Of a stretch of DNA of 64,000 nucleotides, positions 28,951 to 43,351 are shown in pieces. The first letter of the stretch is position 1. Every line of letters starts with the position of its first letter. A model generated the notes under the pieces. The model saw nothing but the letters and a program-made list of their open reading frames with translations, was not told the DNA's origin and did not search any database. The DNA is from the human T2T-CHM13v2.0 reference genome, Homo sapiens: assembly GCF_009914755.1 (NCBI RefSeq), contig NC_060947.1; one strand, written 5' to 3'. The position numbers and the translations under genes are program-made.

Positions 28951-29554
28951 CACAGGGATTTGTAAGGTTTAAAAACTATCTTCCCAGATGAAAGCTAAGC
29001 TTGTGGCAGGTCTATAGATTACTTTGGAGGTGTTGTCCATGAATGTTCCAAAACTATGTTAAAATATCTAAGGAGAGGATCCATAGTTTTCCAAAGAGCA
29101 ATGAAAGGTTTTTGGCTTAATCCCTCATGAAGCTCCATAATATCCACTGAGTCTATATGAAATATTAAGCACCATACTTGAATTGAGGTACAGAGATAAT
29201 TACAAAACAGACACCAGCCTAATAGAGTCCACAGATGTGCAACTTCCTGCTCTGCAGGCACTGACTCCCCACCGGTCGTTCCTCATAGTGTTCCATAAAG
29301 TTAGTCTCCTGGAGGCATAGGGTGTCCTCTAGCCCAGCTTCCTAGCCATGTCAGCAGAGGCATTCCACTGAGAACTGCCCTGTTGCATGTCTCTTTGGAA
29401 AACATAGTCCTAGCTTCTCTTTCTAGGAGATGGAAAAATGCCTTGTATCCCTTCCCAATGAATTGCAGAATAAGAAAATAAAGCACTAGTTAATTTCTCA
29501 GTAGGTCACACTCTGATATGAAATTCCCAATAAATCACACTGCTACATTTTTAA

Positions 29555-30420
29555 AGATCACAGTTTGAAAAGATTGTTTCGAGTAAGAAGAGATTTGAGA
29601 CAGAGACCAGTGAAGAAGCTATTGCAGTCATCCAGGGAAGCAATTACGATGGCCTGAAATAGAGGGCTGGCAATGGGGACAGAGAAAAATGCAAGGATGT
29701 TGAGAGATATTTTTCTAGGTAGAACTGATAGGAGCTTTGAGAAATGAGGCTCAAGGTGTAGGCCTGAAGGTGCCAACAAAGGATTTTGTATAACACATTA
29801 AAGGACTTAGACTTTATCCTAGAGAATAGAAGTTGCAAACTGGTAGTCCGTAATTCCAGTAACCTGCGGATCTATTTTATTTTCCCTACCCCACAGGATT
29901 AAAGAAATACATTACTTGCCAAAATGTAATTCAAGCTGAGTGGTGCTTGCTTCTTTTAGATAAGCCATGGATTCTCATATCTGCCATGATCCACCTGGGG
30001 CCAAATGTTCTATTGCCTGCCTAGACCCTATAGACAATTGATGTTGCTCCTCTTGTTGCAGGTATTGAACAGATCCTTAAATGTCTAAACCAGGGAGTGG
30101 CAGAAGCATTTTTTTTTAACTAGATCATCCGGATACCATGCGGATAAATTGGAGAGAGACAAGATCAGAGATAGAAAGACCATTTAGGAGACTGTGGCAG
30201 TACTAGATATAAGAGAAGGTAAGGTGAGGCCTGAACTAAGTAGTCCAGATGGAATGGAGAGAGCAGCTTCCAGAAATGTTTAAGGATCAGAACCAATAGA
30301 GCTTGGTGATTGGTTGAGATACAAAGGATGGGGTAAAGCAGTCAAGGATAACTGACTTAGGTTTCTGGTTGTATCTGGATTGAGGTAAAAAACACAGCAG
30401 AAGAAGCTGGTTGAAAAACA
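29555..30420 (-). mobile_element. L2 fragments with an intervening hAT-like fragment (~29830-30050)
   Basis: gaagctattgcagtcatccagg...gatggcctgaa; gaccatttaggagactgtggcagta. Confidence 0.55.
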
Positions 30421-33400
30421 TTGATTCCTATATTGAATTTAAATTCATTAGGTATTTGCTAAGGGAAAATTAGAGCTGCTCAGTGAGTCATGGAATATAT
30501 GAAAAACTAACACAAGATGCTTCTTGTCACCCTAAAAAGTCAATTTCAGAGGACAAAACCAGTTTCAGTACATTGGTTGGGTAATCAATTTCTTTTCCCA
30601 GGAGGTCACAGAACCTGACATGCTGTGGCCAAGATGTATGTATGTATATATTTCACTAGCAAAGTGAATGAGAACAAGATGAACCAAGATAAAATGAGAA
30701 CAAAAATTCATTCCATTATTCCCATTATTTATTGTTCACTAAAGATGCAGCTCCATAGTATGGATAAGATGCCTATAGACATTCATTAAAAGATTACTAC
30801 CATGTGTTGACACATATACTTAGTTCCATTTTCTTCTATGTCATCTAAGTCAGCCAGTGGTAATGAATGTATCCTATGGGGAAGATGCGAGATTAAGGCA
30901 AATTAAATTAAGTCATTTCTTCTCTCCACACACACAATGATACGTAGTGCAGTGAAGATGAGGGTTCACAATGATTACAGAAGTGTAAATATTTACCAAT
31001 ATTAAGATTTAAATGTCCTCAAATTATATGTAAATAGAGAGCCTTTAAGCCTTTACCAAAGGAAGATGAATCTCGATTTGCATTTCCATCTTTATTTACT
31101 ATCAATTGTAAAGCCATTATCAGAAAAAAAAAGTCTATCTAAAACTGGAAGATTTTGCAAAGCTGACAAAGTGAAATAAATACCTTCTTTATCATGACTC
31201 AGTTTTCCCTTTGTTTAACTACCCAGAGGAAGAGATGAATGGTAGTAGAATTGAAAGAAATTAAACACAGACGACAACTTGTAGGCAAGTTGCAGACATA
31301 AATCTTTGATAATTTATATTAAAATTAATACTTATCACATTATCTTTCCAAGTCAAATAAGCAACCAGAAAGAGGCATTACTAATTTGTCAAGGATACTT
31401 CAGTCTGAATTATTGTATGTAGCATGAATTGAGAATCTTATTATGGTAAATTTGCAACTGATGTCTCCAAATCAAATTTGCCTCTTTTCTACTAGAAATG
31501 ATGTATTTTTATCCAACGGATCTTTTTCCGTATTATCTATGCCTAGATGTTATTCTTACATTGATATATCGTGTTGCGTGTCAACAGTTTACATTCCCAG
31601 AAATGTAGCCCTTAATATCACCACCATGATCAAAATGATTATACAAATTATATTGCTGTTAGACTCCATGGCATCAGACTGAGGTGATGTAATTACGGCT
31701 TCCAAGCAATAACTTTTTTAGTTTTCTTCTTCCTATGTACACTATATCAAAACAATATGTTCAAGAAGAGATAGTAAACTTACACTTTTCTATTAACCCT
31801 AATCCCTGGCCCTAATTTAACAGAGTTGTTTTAGCACCAGTAAAAGTTATATTTCCTTCTGAATGTGTTATATTATTTTCATCCAAGGTTAAACTATGAG
31901 CACTTCCATCTGAATTATTTATATGTGTTTGGAGCCTTCATACTTTCCCTCTGTTCTTGTCACTGGAATATCATCAGATGGTCCCACTTTAACTGCAATT
32001 TTACCTTGGCAAGGCCACAAACAATTCTGCTAAAGTTCTTGGAAGAACTACTGTAGTTCACTGATATCCTTGTAGGTTTCCTGAATTCCACCTCTAACCC
32101 CAACCACAAACAAGATAAAATCGGTACATGAGGCTATTTGAACGCAAATACATATGAAAGACTTGTTAGCTTTTCTTCCCTTGTATTCTATATCACTCAA
32201 CAAACCATCACCAAAGTCTAAAGAAATGTGATCTGACACATTTTGAGAAAATGTTCTCTTGATCTAAAGCAAATATATTTATCTTCTCCCCCAACGAGAG
32301 GAGTCTGTTGCCTGTCATTTGAAAGTTTGCCAACTTTGACGATTTGTCTCTGACCAACACTTGTCCCAAGTTTTTAACTTATGAAGAACATTCCAAGGAG
32401 CTTTTCTCCATAAAGGGAACAGTTATATATAGATATACTCAATGAAATTTTTTTCATAGTGTTCCATTTACTAAGAACAACAGATGGACATTCTAAGCCG
32501 TTAATAAATGCAGACGAAAGATGATATGCTGGCTGGCTGGCTGGCTGGCTGGCTGACTGGTATGTTAGCAGAATTTTCCCAAGATAAAACAATGACTTCA
32601 GCAAAGATGAATGCTCTCCAGTTGTTTAAATAGATGGGTTAACACTTGTTTTACTAGGTAGTAAACACATGCAGTGTTAAATGGCAATTTACAAGCATTT
32701 AATAATCATATAAATGTATTATACAATGATTTGAACATTGGGCAGTTTATTGTCATTCTCAATAAAGAGCTTTGGAGGCAAAACATATAATTATTTTGTA
32801 ATTCCATTTAAAAGGGTATAGGGCTAATCAAGAATGTTGCTAATAATAAATAATCAAATGAAGAGGCCACACAGCTGCTAATTTCCATAATCTATACGGC
32901 ATGTTCTGGCTGCAATTCTAGAACATAATTCTATTCTGAAATCCTATATCATGGTGGATTCACACAATCCTCAATTTCTATCTCCACTTCCCAGAAATAT
33001 TGTTAGGGCAAAAATGGAATATATGCAAAGACACAGCATTAGACCAATATGGATTATTAAAAAAACGACAATTGCCTGATCCAAGTCTATACAAGGTTAA
33101 CAAATGTAGGCATGACTATATTACCTGTATTTTAATGCCAAATTAGAGTAGCCATTTTTAAATAAGCTTGAGAATTAGGTTCTAAAATGTTTAATGAGCC
33201 ATCATCATAAGCAATAGAGTTTTGGAATCGAAAAGGAAAAATACTATTTGAGACGCAGTTTTCTTGAATATTTTTAGATTTTCCACAGTATTATTTCCCT
33301 CATGCAAATGGCATGTGAATAACTACTTCTTCCTAGGTTAGATCTGAAACTGATGAACTGTGACCAAATAACCAGACATCACATCTTAATCCAGATTCTT

Positions 33401-35049
33401 TCATCCCAAACACACGTGAGAATTTCCATTCTGTTCAGCATTTAATGGCACTGGCCACCTGGTGCACATAAAGGTCATCCCAAGAAAGCTCAATGGCCCT
33501 CCTATTTCACACTTGTAGGTAAATGTTGAAAGTTGTGTGAAAGAGGCCTTTTTATGGAAGCTTGATTACAGTTATGAAGAATTTCACTTATATTCTCATT
33601 TTGGCCAGAATTATTTAAAATAATCCAGAGCAATCTTTATAGTCAAAAGAGTAGGATCTGGGGAGGAGGCTCAGTCTAAGGTTGCTTCAGTGGTAATTAG
33701 ACTTACAGAAGATGGCAACAGCCCCCCACTCCTCAGAGCCACAGTAACTTATTTGCGTCCCTGATGAAGGGGCCATTTTAGGGGTCCCCAAGGGAATGGA
33801 AAGTTGAAACTGCTTCAATACAACATAGCCTAGCGGAGCAGGCTGTCCACAGTGAGTTAGGGTTGCAGACTCTATTTGGTTTGGTTGCTTCCCACAATAA
33901 GCCACGTTTGAGTGTTCTCCCTTTTGCTCCTTGTTCCTGGAAATAGCCTCTTCTCTGTCAGACAGGCTTTTATGCACTTTTTTCGTTTCTTTTAAGCCAT
34001 TTTCTTCATCCATCAAGACCATCAGTCTAAAAGGCTATCTGGCAGAAATGGCCCAACATGAATTAAACAAGGGATAATGGTATCAGGTTCAGCTACTTCA
34101 GACCTCTGACTTCCACTTTTCTGCTGTCTAGTCATCACACTTTTGATCTCCCTCCCGCAGAACTGGCAAAGTTTAACTTTCATTAGAAGTCATTTTCAAT
34201 GGCATGTTATTTCTCTTGTTTTCTGGATAAGACTCCAGTCTTCCCATAATTTTGAAAATATCCATCTGATACTTTGTTTTCTTCTCCATTCTGCCCCTGA
34301 AAACATCTGTTTGACTCAGAGTCAGCAAGGACTGCTTAATGGGGTTATTGTAAAGCAAACAGATTTCGGTTAGGTAAATATCCCATAGGTAAGCAAAGTA
34401 TATTTTCCATGTTAATCCTTTTTGAGTCGAACAAGAAGGCATTTTTATACAAGCATGTCAATCAATTAAAAAGGTAAATATCATAGAACTACATAATGTC
34501 ACAGCCCTAAAGAAGGGCACTAGGAGGTCATCTAAAACAACACCTGCATTTTTTTTTTCATATGCAAAAACCTAAGCCCAGGGAAGGTGCCCTGCCAAAT
34601 GTTTCATTGAGTTAAGCACTGAGCTGTATGCAAGCTATCTAGTGAAAAGTATAATGATGTCTGCAATTTAGTTTGAAATACATCAAAAAATGAGATGAAT
34701 TGAGGGATAGATACAGGGATAGATAGGAGATCAATCAAGTGCAGTAAAATATTAATCATAGGATCTAGATGGTGAGTTTATTTATGATCATTCACTAAAA
34801 GTCTTTCAACTCTTCCGTGTATGTTTGAAATTTTTCATAATAAAATGTTGAGCATTTGAGCATTATAACACCTTTATATAGCTAGTAAGTGAACAAAATT
34901 AGAGATAGATGCCTCATAGTAAGTCTGGTGTATGCATGGATGAATGGTGGTATTCACAGTCCAGGCAGATAACCTGATATGGATTCTTATGCAGAGAATA
35001 CCCTGTTCCAAAATGCATTGGAGGGATTCAAAGAGATAAAATAGTTTTG

Positions 35050-35930
35050 AATTAGTAAGGATTCTTGCAATTCCAGGTGAAAAATGCTCACCCCAGACTG
35101 GCTCAAGCAAATAAAGGGACTGCCTTTGTTTCCATAACTGAAAACTCTAGGGGTCAACGTAGCTTGAGACTTGGCTCTGTTCAGGTTACCCGCACAGAGA
35201 CTCACTCCATCTCCTGGCTGTGGCTTGTTTTGCATCAGCCCTGTTCATTTTTTTTTTTTTTTTTTATTATACTTTAAGTTCTAGGGTACATGTGCACATT
35301 GTGCAGGTTAGTTACATATGTATACATGTGCCATGCTGGTGCGCTGCACCCACTAACTCGTCATCTAGCATTATTCACAATAGCAAAGACTTGGAACCAA
35401 CCCAAATGTCCAACAATGATAGACTGGATTAAGAAAATGTGGCACATATACACCATGGAATACTATGCAGCCATAAAAAAGGATGAGTTCATGTCCTTTG
35501 TAGGGACATGGATGAAGCTGGAAACCATCATTTTCAGCAAACTCTCACAAGGACAGAAAACCAAACACCACATGTTCTCACTCATAGGTGGGAATTGAAC
35601 AATCAGCCCTGTTCTTACTCAGCCTTTGCTTTTCTGGTTGCAAGGCTCTCCACACCACCCTGTTTATACACCTCACGTATCCAAACCCAAAAGAAATGTG
35701 AGCATGTCTCTCTCATTGGGAGAAACAAAAGTCCAAAGAGTGCATCTTATTTGCTTGGCCTAAGTTATGTACCCATCATTGAATCAAAATCAATGCCCAG
35801 AGACTCCAGTATTCTGAATATGTCTAAGCTGACCCGTCCACATGAAGAGTGAGGAGAAGAGGCTGATGCCTGAAGGAAAATTCCAATTTGTGTTCTAAAA
35901 AGACTGGTGATGGATGCCAAAACATGAAAA
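35050..35930 (-). mobile_element. Old MLT1 (MLT1J/K-like) LTR interrupted by L1PA
   Basis: aggattcttgcaattcc...actggctcaagcaaataaaggga...taactgaaaactctagggg. Confidence 0.5.
35247..35601 (-). mobile_element. Young L1PA, 5'-inverted (twin-primed)
   Basis: Poly(T), antisense 3' UTR to ~35372, then sense ORF2 end; TSD ATCAGCCCTGTTC at 35234-35246 and 35602-35614. Confidence 0.92.
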
Positions 35931-36126
35931 GGAAATGTTGTATCACAGGTTTGCTGCCAGAATATCTTTCAGATTGCTAAGAAAATCATCTTAAGATCCA
36001 AAATGGCAGCAATAAGTAGAAGTCTTAGATATGAGTTACCTTCCAGTAGATTCACTAGTGTCTTTCTGACCTGAGGAATCTCTCCCTAAAGGATCACAAA
36101 TGCAAAGGTTGAAAGTAGGCCATTTT

Positions 36127-36579
<453 letters not shown>

Positions 36580-37318
36580 TTAAATAGGACACTTAAGCCA
36601 GAGCCACTTTTAGAGCCACTTTCTTGGAAAACTTAGTGATTTTTGCAAGTCAAATTGAAAGGAAATTCAGTTACACTTCTTATTTCTGGCTAAGTCAATT
36701 TCCAAATGAATTGAAGAGTGTGAAATATTTTATTAATTAACATTACATTAGCTACTGGGTTGCTCATTAGGATTTGGTGATTTTATCATCAGATGCACTG
36801 TTCAATCAAGGCTGTTTTTATCTTTATAATCATAAATAAAATTAGGTGAAGCTGTGAATGCCATCTAGATGCTATAGCTGTCTATCAGTCACTTTCTCAG
36901 GGTAAAACAGTAGGCCAGAGTCTTGCCCAGAGCTGTCATGTATGGAGCCAGAGGGCAATGACCACACAGGCTCCTGAAGACCCTTCCCAGTCTACCACCA
37001 GAGGAGTACATCTCTAATGGTAATGAGAACATGAAAGGCCACAAGCTCAACTCAGAGCTACATTATGGAACCAGAGGTTTCAGATTTCCTGGGAAGATTA
37101 GAGCAAGAGACAGCAAGTCATGAGTGGCAGAGGACGGTGCCCTGGGCAAATACTGGAGGTAATGTTGCTGGAAATAGATGAGTTGTACTGGTTACAGTGT
37201 CCAGGGTAGGGAAAGATAATGACTGATATTCAATAATGTCTGGCTACATTCGCACAAATATAGTTTGATCCACATAAAAATACCCCTCTAGACCCAACCT
37301 GACTTAAGCCAGTTCTTT

Positions 37319-37652
37319 TTATTTTTTATTTTATTTTTGTTTTGTTTGGGTTTTTTTGTTTATTTTTTTGAGACAGAGTCTCACTCTGTCGCCCAGGCTG
37401 TAGCGCAGTCGCGCCATCTTGGCTCACTGCAAGCTCCGCCTCCTGGGTTCACGACATTCTCCTGCCTCAGCCTCCCCAGTAGCTGGGATTACAGGCGTCC
37501 GCCACCATGCCCGGCTAATTTTTTGTATTTTTTAGTAGAAACGGAGGTTTCACCGTGTTAGCCAGGATGGTCTCCATCTCCTGACCTCGTGATCCACCCA
37601 CCTTGTCCTCCCAAAGTGCTGGGATTACAGGCGTGAGCCACTGTGCCTGGCC
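37319..37652 (-). mobile_element. AluY
   Basis: ctgcaagctccgcc, gtgttagccaggatgg diagnostics; TSD AAGCCAGTTCTTT at 37306-37318 and 37653-37665. Confidence 0.93.
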
Positions 37653-38316
37653 AAGCCAGTTCTTTCTAAATGTGGAGTAGAGTGCTACCTAGAAAATGTC
37701 TTAAATAAATTAATATGCAAAATTGGGGTTTTAAAGATGTCTTGACTTAATATTTGCACTTGACTTATAGCTTTGGGTGTTAAATTGCTCTTCTCCATAT
37801 TTTTCCTAGTAATCAGGGAGACAGAGCCCATCTTTTATTCCAACATGACCACCAGGTTGACAGACATGGTGAATGCCCAAATTGTAAAAAAACAAACAAA
37901 CAAAAATCATTTAAGAACTGTTTAAAGAGTATGTGCTTTGAGTATGTGATCTGAGTCAAGACTTAAGCTAGGCAATGGGAATGCAATGGTGAATAAAAAT
38001 AGCCACATCAATGCAAAATGTCTGCATAGGGTGCTGACAGGTTACCAGGGTTCAGAGCACCCAGAGCTTCATAAGTCACATTAAAGTCTTGGTCTTTAGA
38101 TTTGTGTTTTCAAGAGATCATTCTGACTGCTGTGTAAAAGATGAACTGAAAGGGATACGTGGGGAAACTGGAAGGTCAGCTAGGAAGAAGATTACTGCAG
38201 TAGTCAAGAACACATGGTGATGGTTTAAACTAAGGTGGTGATTGTGGAAAATGAAATAATATTTTAGAGGCAGAATTGGCACGACTTAGTGACTAAATAT
38301 GGGAGATGATGGCAAT

Positions 38317-38781
38317 TGATAAAGACTATCTCTTTAACCCAAAACTTGAAACAGGCTTCTCTCCTCTGAGTTCTCTGCTTGACTAAGCCCAATCTTGGGC
38401 TTCTCTTTCTGTCTTTAACGAATCAAGTTTGAGTAAGAACTCTGCAAAAGCACTTTGGAGAAAATCCCCCACCCTTGTCTGACCACCCTTGTTATTGTAT
38501 CAACCTGACCTGCCTTAAGCAAGAATTCTATTGAATTGTTCTAGCAAGAACCTGTCTTACCTCTAGTGTTTCTTCTTAATAATGTTCCATCCATTGACTT
38601 TTACTCTGCTTGTTGGTTATAAATCCCCACTTGAACTTGTTGGACCAGAAGTTGAGTCTAATCTTTCTTCCCCGCTGCAAGATCACATTGCTGTAGTCCC
38701 TATACCTCTCCCAAACCCCCACTTGATTAAAGTCTGCCTTTGTCATCTTTAACAAATGTCATTGAATACATTTTTTTAACA
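38317..38781 (+). mobile_element. MER31-like ERV1 solo LTR
   Basis: tgataaagactatctcttt...ttggttataaatcccc...gattaaagtctgcctt...ttttaaca. Confidence 0.65.
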
Positions 38782-39204
38782 TGAGGAAGAATGTTGTATA
38801 TTATAAATACAACATATATATGTATATATGTGTGTGTGTGCATGTGTGTGTGTGTTCATATGACTTTACAGACTCCCATCATCATCAAGAGAAAGCCTCC
38901 TGCATTTTGCAAAGATCAGAAAGGACATTCTGTGCTGATCAAAGAGAAATAAGAAATATGATATTGAAGAAGCTCTAGTAGTTTCTTTAATTGATGTCAT
39001 GTACAAAGATTCTGGTTGGAATGCGGAAAGCCCTAAGTTCCCCTTCATTAACCATTACGGTTTAATTATCCGTGGCTAGGTCTCAACTCTTGTTAAACCT
39101 GTTTCAGAAGCCACAAAGCAGGGAGTGAAAAACTGGCTGGATATTGGAACTGATGTAACATACTCCAATAGATAAGTATTTCATTTTAATTAGCTAGGGA
39201 TGAG

Positions 39205-39520
39205 AGGCAGCATGATGTAGAGGAAAGGCACAGCAATGTTAGAGTTAGGAAAAGCTATGTTCACATTTAGGTTCTGCCACCTACTGGGTGTGCAGCCTTG
39301 GAGCACATGATTTCTACAAGTATTTTCTCTTGTTTAAAATTACTTGAGCGATATTTCAGTCCCAGGTTGTTGTAAGGATGAAACCTGATAATTAAACGTA
39401 GTTTTGGGTAACACATATACTGAATAGAACCACGCCTACCCTTCAAGGTTATTGTTGGTTCAAGAGATAATACATGTAAAATGTAAGGTACATAGAAGAT
39501 ACTAAGCAAATCATAACTAT
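39205..39520 (+). mobile_element. MIR fragments
   Basis: gaggcagcatgatgtagagg...tctgccacctactgggtgtgcagccttgg...ggttgttgtaaggat. Confidence 0.7.
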
Positions 39521-40320
39521 TGATACGGGAGTGTGACAGGGAAGTGCCGGGTAAAAAAGGGCAGGGTCCCTGGTGAAGGCTCCACTCTCGGGCCTGTGAC
39601 CAGGGACCTAAGTGAGGACGGACACTCCTCTTTTTATGGCCAAATGTTGCATTTTCCAAGACCACTCTGGTCTGCCATGCCCTCATCCTGTGCCTATAAA
39701 AACCCCAAGACCCCAGCGGGCACAGACACAAACAGCTGGATGTCAAGGCAAACACACCAGCAGAAGAACACACTGAACAGATGCCAGCAGGCCATTGAGA
39801 GCAGAACAACGGGGAGGCTGACGGGAATTGAGTTGGAGGAGAGTCCAGCCACTGGGTTTCCCGACTCCAGGGGAAGATCATCTTCCCTCTCCATCCCCCT
39901 TCTGGCCTCTCCATTCACCTCACTGAGAGCTACCTCCACTTAAAAAACTTATACAACCTTGCACCCATCCTCCAACCACACGTGCGATCCGATTTTTCTG
40001 ATACACCAACTCAAGAACCTGGGATACAGAAAGCCCTCTGTCCTTGCTGAGATAGGGCAGAGGGTCTAATTGAGCTAATTAACACAAGCTGCCTGCAAGT
40101 GGTTAAGCTGAAAGAGAACACTGTAACACAAGCCCACTGGGGCTGCGGGAGCTGTAAACACTCAACCCTGGACACTGCCGTGGGGTCCGAGCCCAGGCTC
40201 CACACGACCTGCCCGTCTGCATGCTCCCCGTAGTGGTTTGAGCTGCAGTGCACCAAAGAAGTGAGCCACTGCCCCTGTCGCACACCCTGTGAGGGGGATA
40301 AGGGAACTTTTCCCATTTCA
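39521..40320 (+). mobile_element. MER50 ERV1 solo LTR
   Basis: tgatacgggag ... ggaacttttcccatttca; TATA-like cctataaaaa ~39693; 4-bp TSD CTAT. Confidence 0.85.
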
Positions 40321-40609
40321 CTATTAAGAGGAAAGAAAGCACCATGCCTGTTCTAAATAAGCAAAATAGAAAAAAAAATATTGATTAAGTAAAATTCTTA
40401 CTATTTAAAGAAGCCCAATGTAAAACTAGTGACCACTCTTTTGATGAAATTCTTTTTTTAAACCAATATTGCAGGGCTTTATAATAATGATTTATAATAA
40501 TTATTGTTTCCATTACTTGGGATCATCTTAATACCACGATAAAAAAAAATTCTCAGATTTTCTTTATTTCCAATGGTTTCTTACCATAGAGGTCTTCAGT
40601 AATTATATT

Positions 40610-40872
40610 ATATAAACAAGTACCCCTCCCTCATCCAGTCCACAGATATAACTTCATCACCACATCTTTCTTCACACTCTCTTTACCCTTTATTTTCCTC
40701 CTAGTACCCATCACTAACATCTGATATACTTGTTAACTTACATTCTACTTTCCTCACTAAAATAAAAACTCAATGAGAATAGAACTGTTGTGTTTTGCTC
40801 ATGATTTATCTTGGGCACCTAGAACTACAGTTGGCACATAGTAGGTAACAATAAATGTTCTTTTGAATAAAT
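40610..40872 (+). mobile_element. L2 3' end
   Basis: gcacctagaactacagttggcacatagtaggtaacaataaatg. Confidence 0.7.
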
Positions 40873-41003
40873 AGTAATATTTGTGTATACTTACCAAATG
40901 AAGATAAATCTTCTAATATAAATTAATATAATAACAAAGCTTGCTTGCAAGCCATATGCACCTTATAGCTTACACTTTCTTTTTCTACAACTCCTATGGC
41001 TTT

Positions 41004-41289
41004 TTTTTTTTTTTTTTTTGGACAGAGTCTTACTCTGTCACCCAGGCTGGAGTTCAGTGGCGTGATCTTGGCTCCACCTCCCGGGTTCAAGCGATTTTCC
41101 TCCCTCAGCCTCCCTAGTAGCTGGGATTACAGGCACATGCCACCATGCCCAGCTAATTTTTGTATTTTTAGTAGAGACGGGGTTTCACCATGTTGGCCAG
41201 GCTGGTCTCAAATTACTGACCTCAGGAGATCTGCCCACCTTGGCCTCCCAAAGTGTTGGGATTACAGGCGTGAGCCCCTGTGCCTGGCC
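41004..41289 (-). mobile_element. AluSx with small internal deletion
   Basis: TSD TCCTATGGCTTT at 40992-41003 and 41290-41301. Confidence 0.92.
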
Positions 41290-42658
41290 TCCTATGGCTT
41301 TATTAACCCTATTTTGCAGTTGAGTAAATTGAAATTCAGACAATTTATGTGCTTTGCCTAATATTACACAGCTAATAAGTGTAATTCCTTTGTTGAAAGA
41401 TGTTTCTAAAAGAAACTGGTACAGTTGCAGTGTCACACATCCTGAAAAAAAGTTACTGTGAATATGCAGAATAATACCACATCCAGTGTGTAACTGTCAC
41501 TAAATGAATTGCTTACTTTCTAGTTGAATTTTAGGTTTCTTGTATTAATAAAAGTATGCAAATGCTGACTTTTTCCTTACCCTGCATTACAAACAATAAG
41601 GACAAGGACCTGCTGCGTGATATTGCTTTTGTTCAAATAAAGCAAAAAGAATTGGAGCTTGATTTATAAATACCTGCATAATGACAATAAATGCATATGT
41701 CTGGCTTCCATCTGTCAGAAAGTAGCAGAAACACACCATATTTGATTGAGATCTGTATTTTTCCATTTTGCCACAGAAAATGTATCTTGCCTATACAATG
41801 ATTTAAGATGAGTTTTATAGTCAACGTCTTATTAAGGTCCACCCTGGGAAAATTGGGGAGTAGGCAGATTTTGGCTATTGTGCTTTGCCTGTCCTCCCAT
41901 GCCACTACCAACACTGTGATCACCCTCAAGCAAAAGGCAAAAGAGTCCCTTTAAACTCCTCGTGCTCTCCTCTCCTGCCAAATGCCCAGTGTAAACCCAT
42001 CTCTCCATGCAAAAAAGAAAAGTAAGTTGAGAAGCCAATTTATGCTTTATTGTTAATATATGAATGATTCCAGAACAATTTTGGAGTCACGTAGATCTTA
42101 GTGTGAAATCAGGCTCCACTATTTGCTAGCTATCTGGCTTTGGATAAATTATGTAATCTCTCTGTGCTTCATTTTTCTCATCTATAGAATGGAGATATTA
42201 GTCTGTATAAAGTTGAGTGAAGATTAAAAGTTTAGTGAAGATTAAGAGTGTGTGTGTGTGTTTCTGCATTTGTGTGTGTCAGAGCACCTGCAACGTGTCA
42301 AGCATTATTTAAGTATTTGCTAATAGAGAGGCCATGCACTATAGTAATGAGGGTAACAGATCCAAATTTGACTTCTGTGACCTGGGCAAGTGAATCTCTC
42401 TGAATCTCATACTCCTTAATAAAATGAGAATATTTCCTACTTTACAAAATCAAATTAAGGATTTAAATAACATACATAACACATCTGGAATATTGTCTGA
42501 TGAAGAGCCAATATCCCATATGGTATTAAATATTATTCTTTGCTACCTGAAAGAGGATGCTGCCATATATGAATTTTATTCTAAATTAATCAGTGAAATA
42601 ATGACCTTGAGGGAGTGGTTTCATTGGAGAATTAGTGGTGAAAGTATCTTATAAATCA

Positions 42659-42839
42659 GGTCAGGCATGGTGACTCATGCTTGCAATCCCAACACTTTGG
42701 GAGGCTGAGATGGGAGGATTTCTTGAGCCCAGAAGTTCAAAGCTGCACTTAGCCATGATCATGCCATGGCACTCCAGCCTGGGCAGTAGAGTGAGATAGT
42801 GAGATTCTGTCTCAAAAAAAAAAAAAAAAAAAAAAAAAA
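42659..42839 (+). mobile_element. Monomer-length AluJ-like element (left-arm 5' end joined to right-arm 3' end)
   Basis: aatcccaacactttgggagg then agttcaaagctgcacttagccatgatc; TSD AAAGTATCTTATAAATCA. Confidence 0.85.
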
Positions 42840-42894
42840 GTATCTTATAAATCAGACTAGCAATAATGATACAAAATTGTGGTTCAATGCCATA

Positions 42895-43351
42895 TGTGAC
42901 AGGTTGTATTTTCTCAGAATGATCAGAGCAGCACATGCTATTCTTACTAAATTACTTTAACACTCTTTGAAAGTAAATATATCGTATATGGCCCCTTCCC
43001 TTGAATTTGGGTTTTTGTGACTGCCTTGCCCACTAGAGATGTTATGTGGCTTCCAAAACTAAGCTCTAAAAATGCCATACACTTCTGCCTAATATTGGTG
43101 ATGCTAGCAACCATGTCAACAATGGAACTTCTCTGAGGCTGGCATATTTTTAGGAAGCCCAAACTAGCCCATATGAAGATAACACATGGAGAAATGCTAA
43201 GACTACATGATAAACAATAAGCCAGAATTGGCTATCTAAGCCCTTCCCAAATTCTGGAAGCTCAGAAACAGTGAGAAAGAGTAAAATAATTTTTGTTTTA
43301 AACCACTAAGACTTAGTGTGGCCTGTTATGCAGTATTAGATAACAGATTCA
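42895..43351 (+). mobile_element. MLT1 (MLT1G-like) LTR
   Basis: cccttcccttgaatttggg...gttttaaaccactaagactt...tgttatgcagtattagataacag. Confidence 0.7.

Noticed and set aside
33687-34022. 111-aa ORF in non-repeat DNA
   Set aside because: No similarity I recognise and no exon evidence; this length is expected by chance in 64 kb.
39267-39914. Longest ORF in the window (215 aa)
   Set aside because: Antisense frame across the MER50 LTR and MIR; no recognisable domain or splice context.
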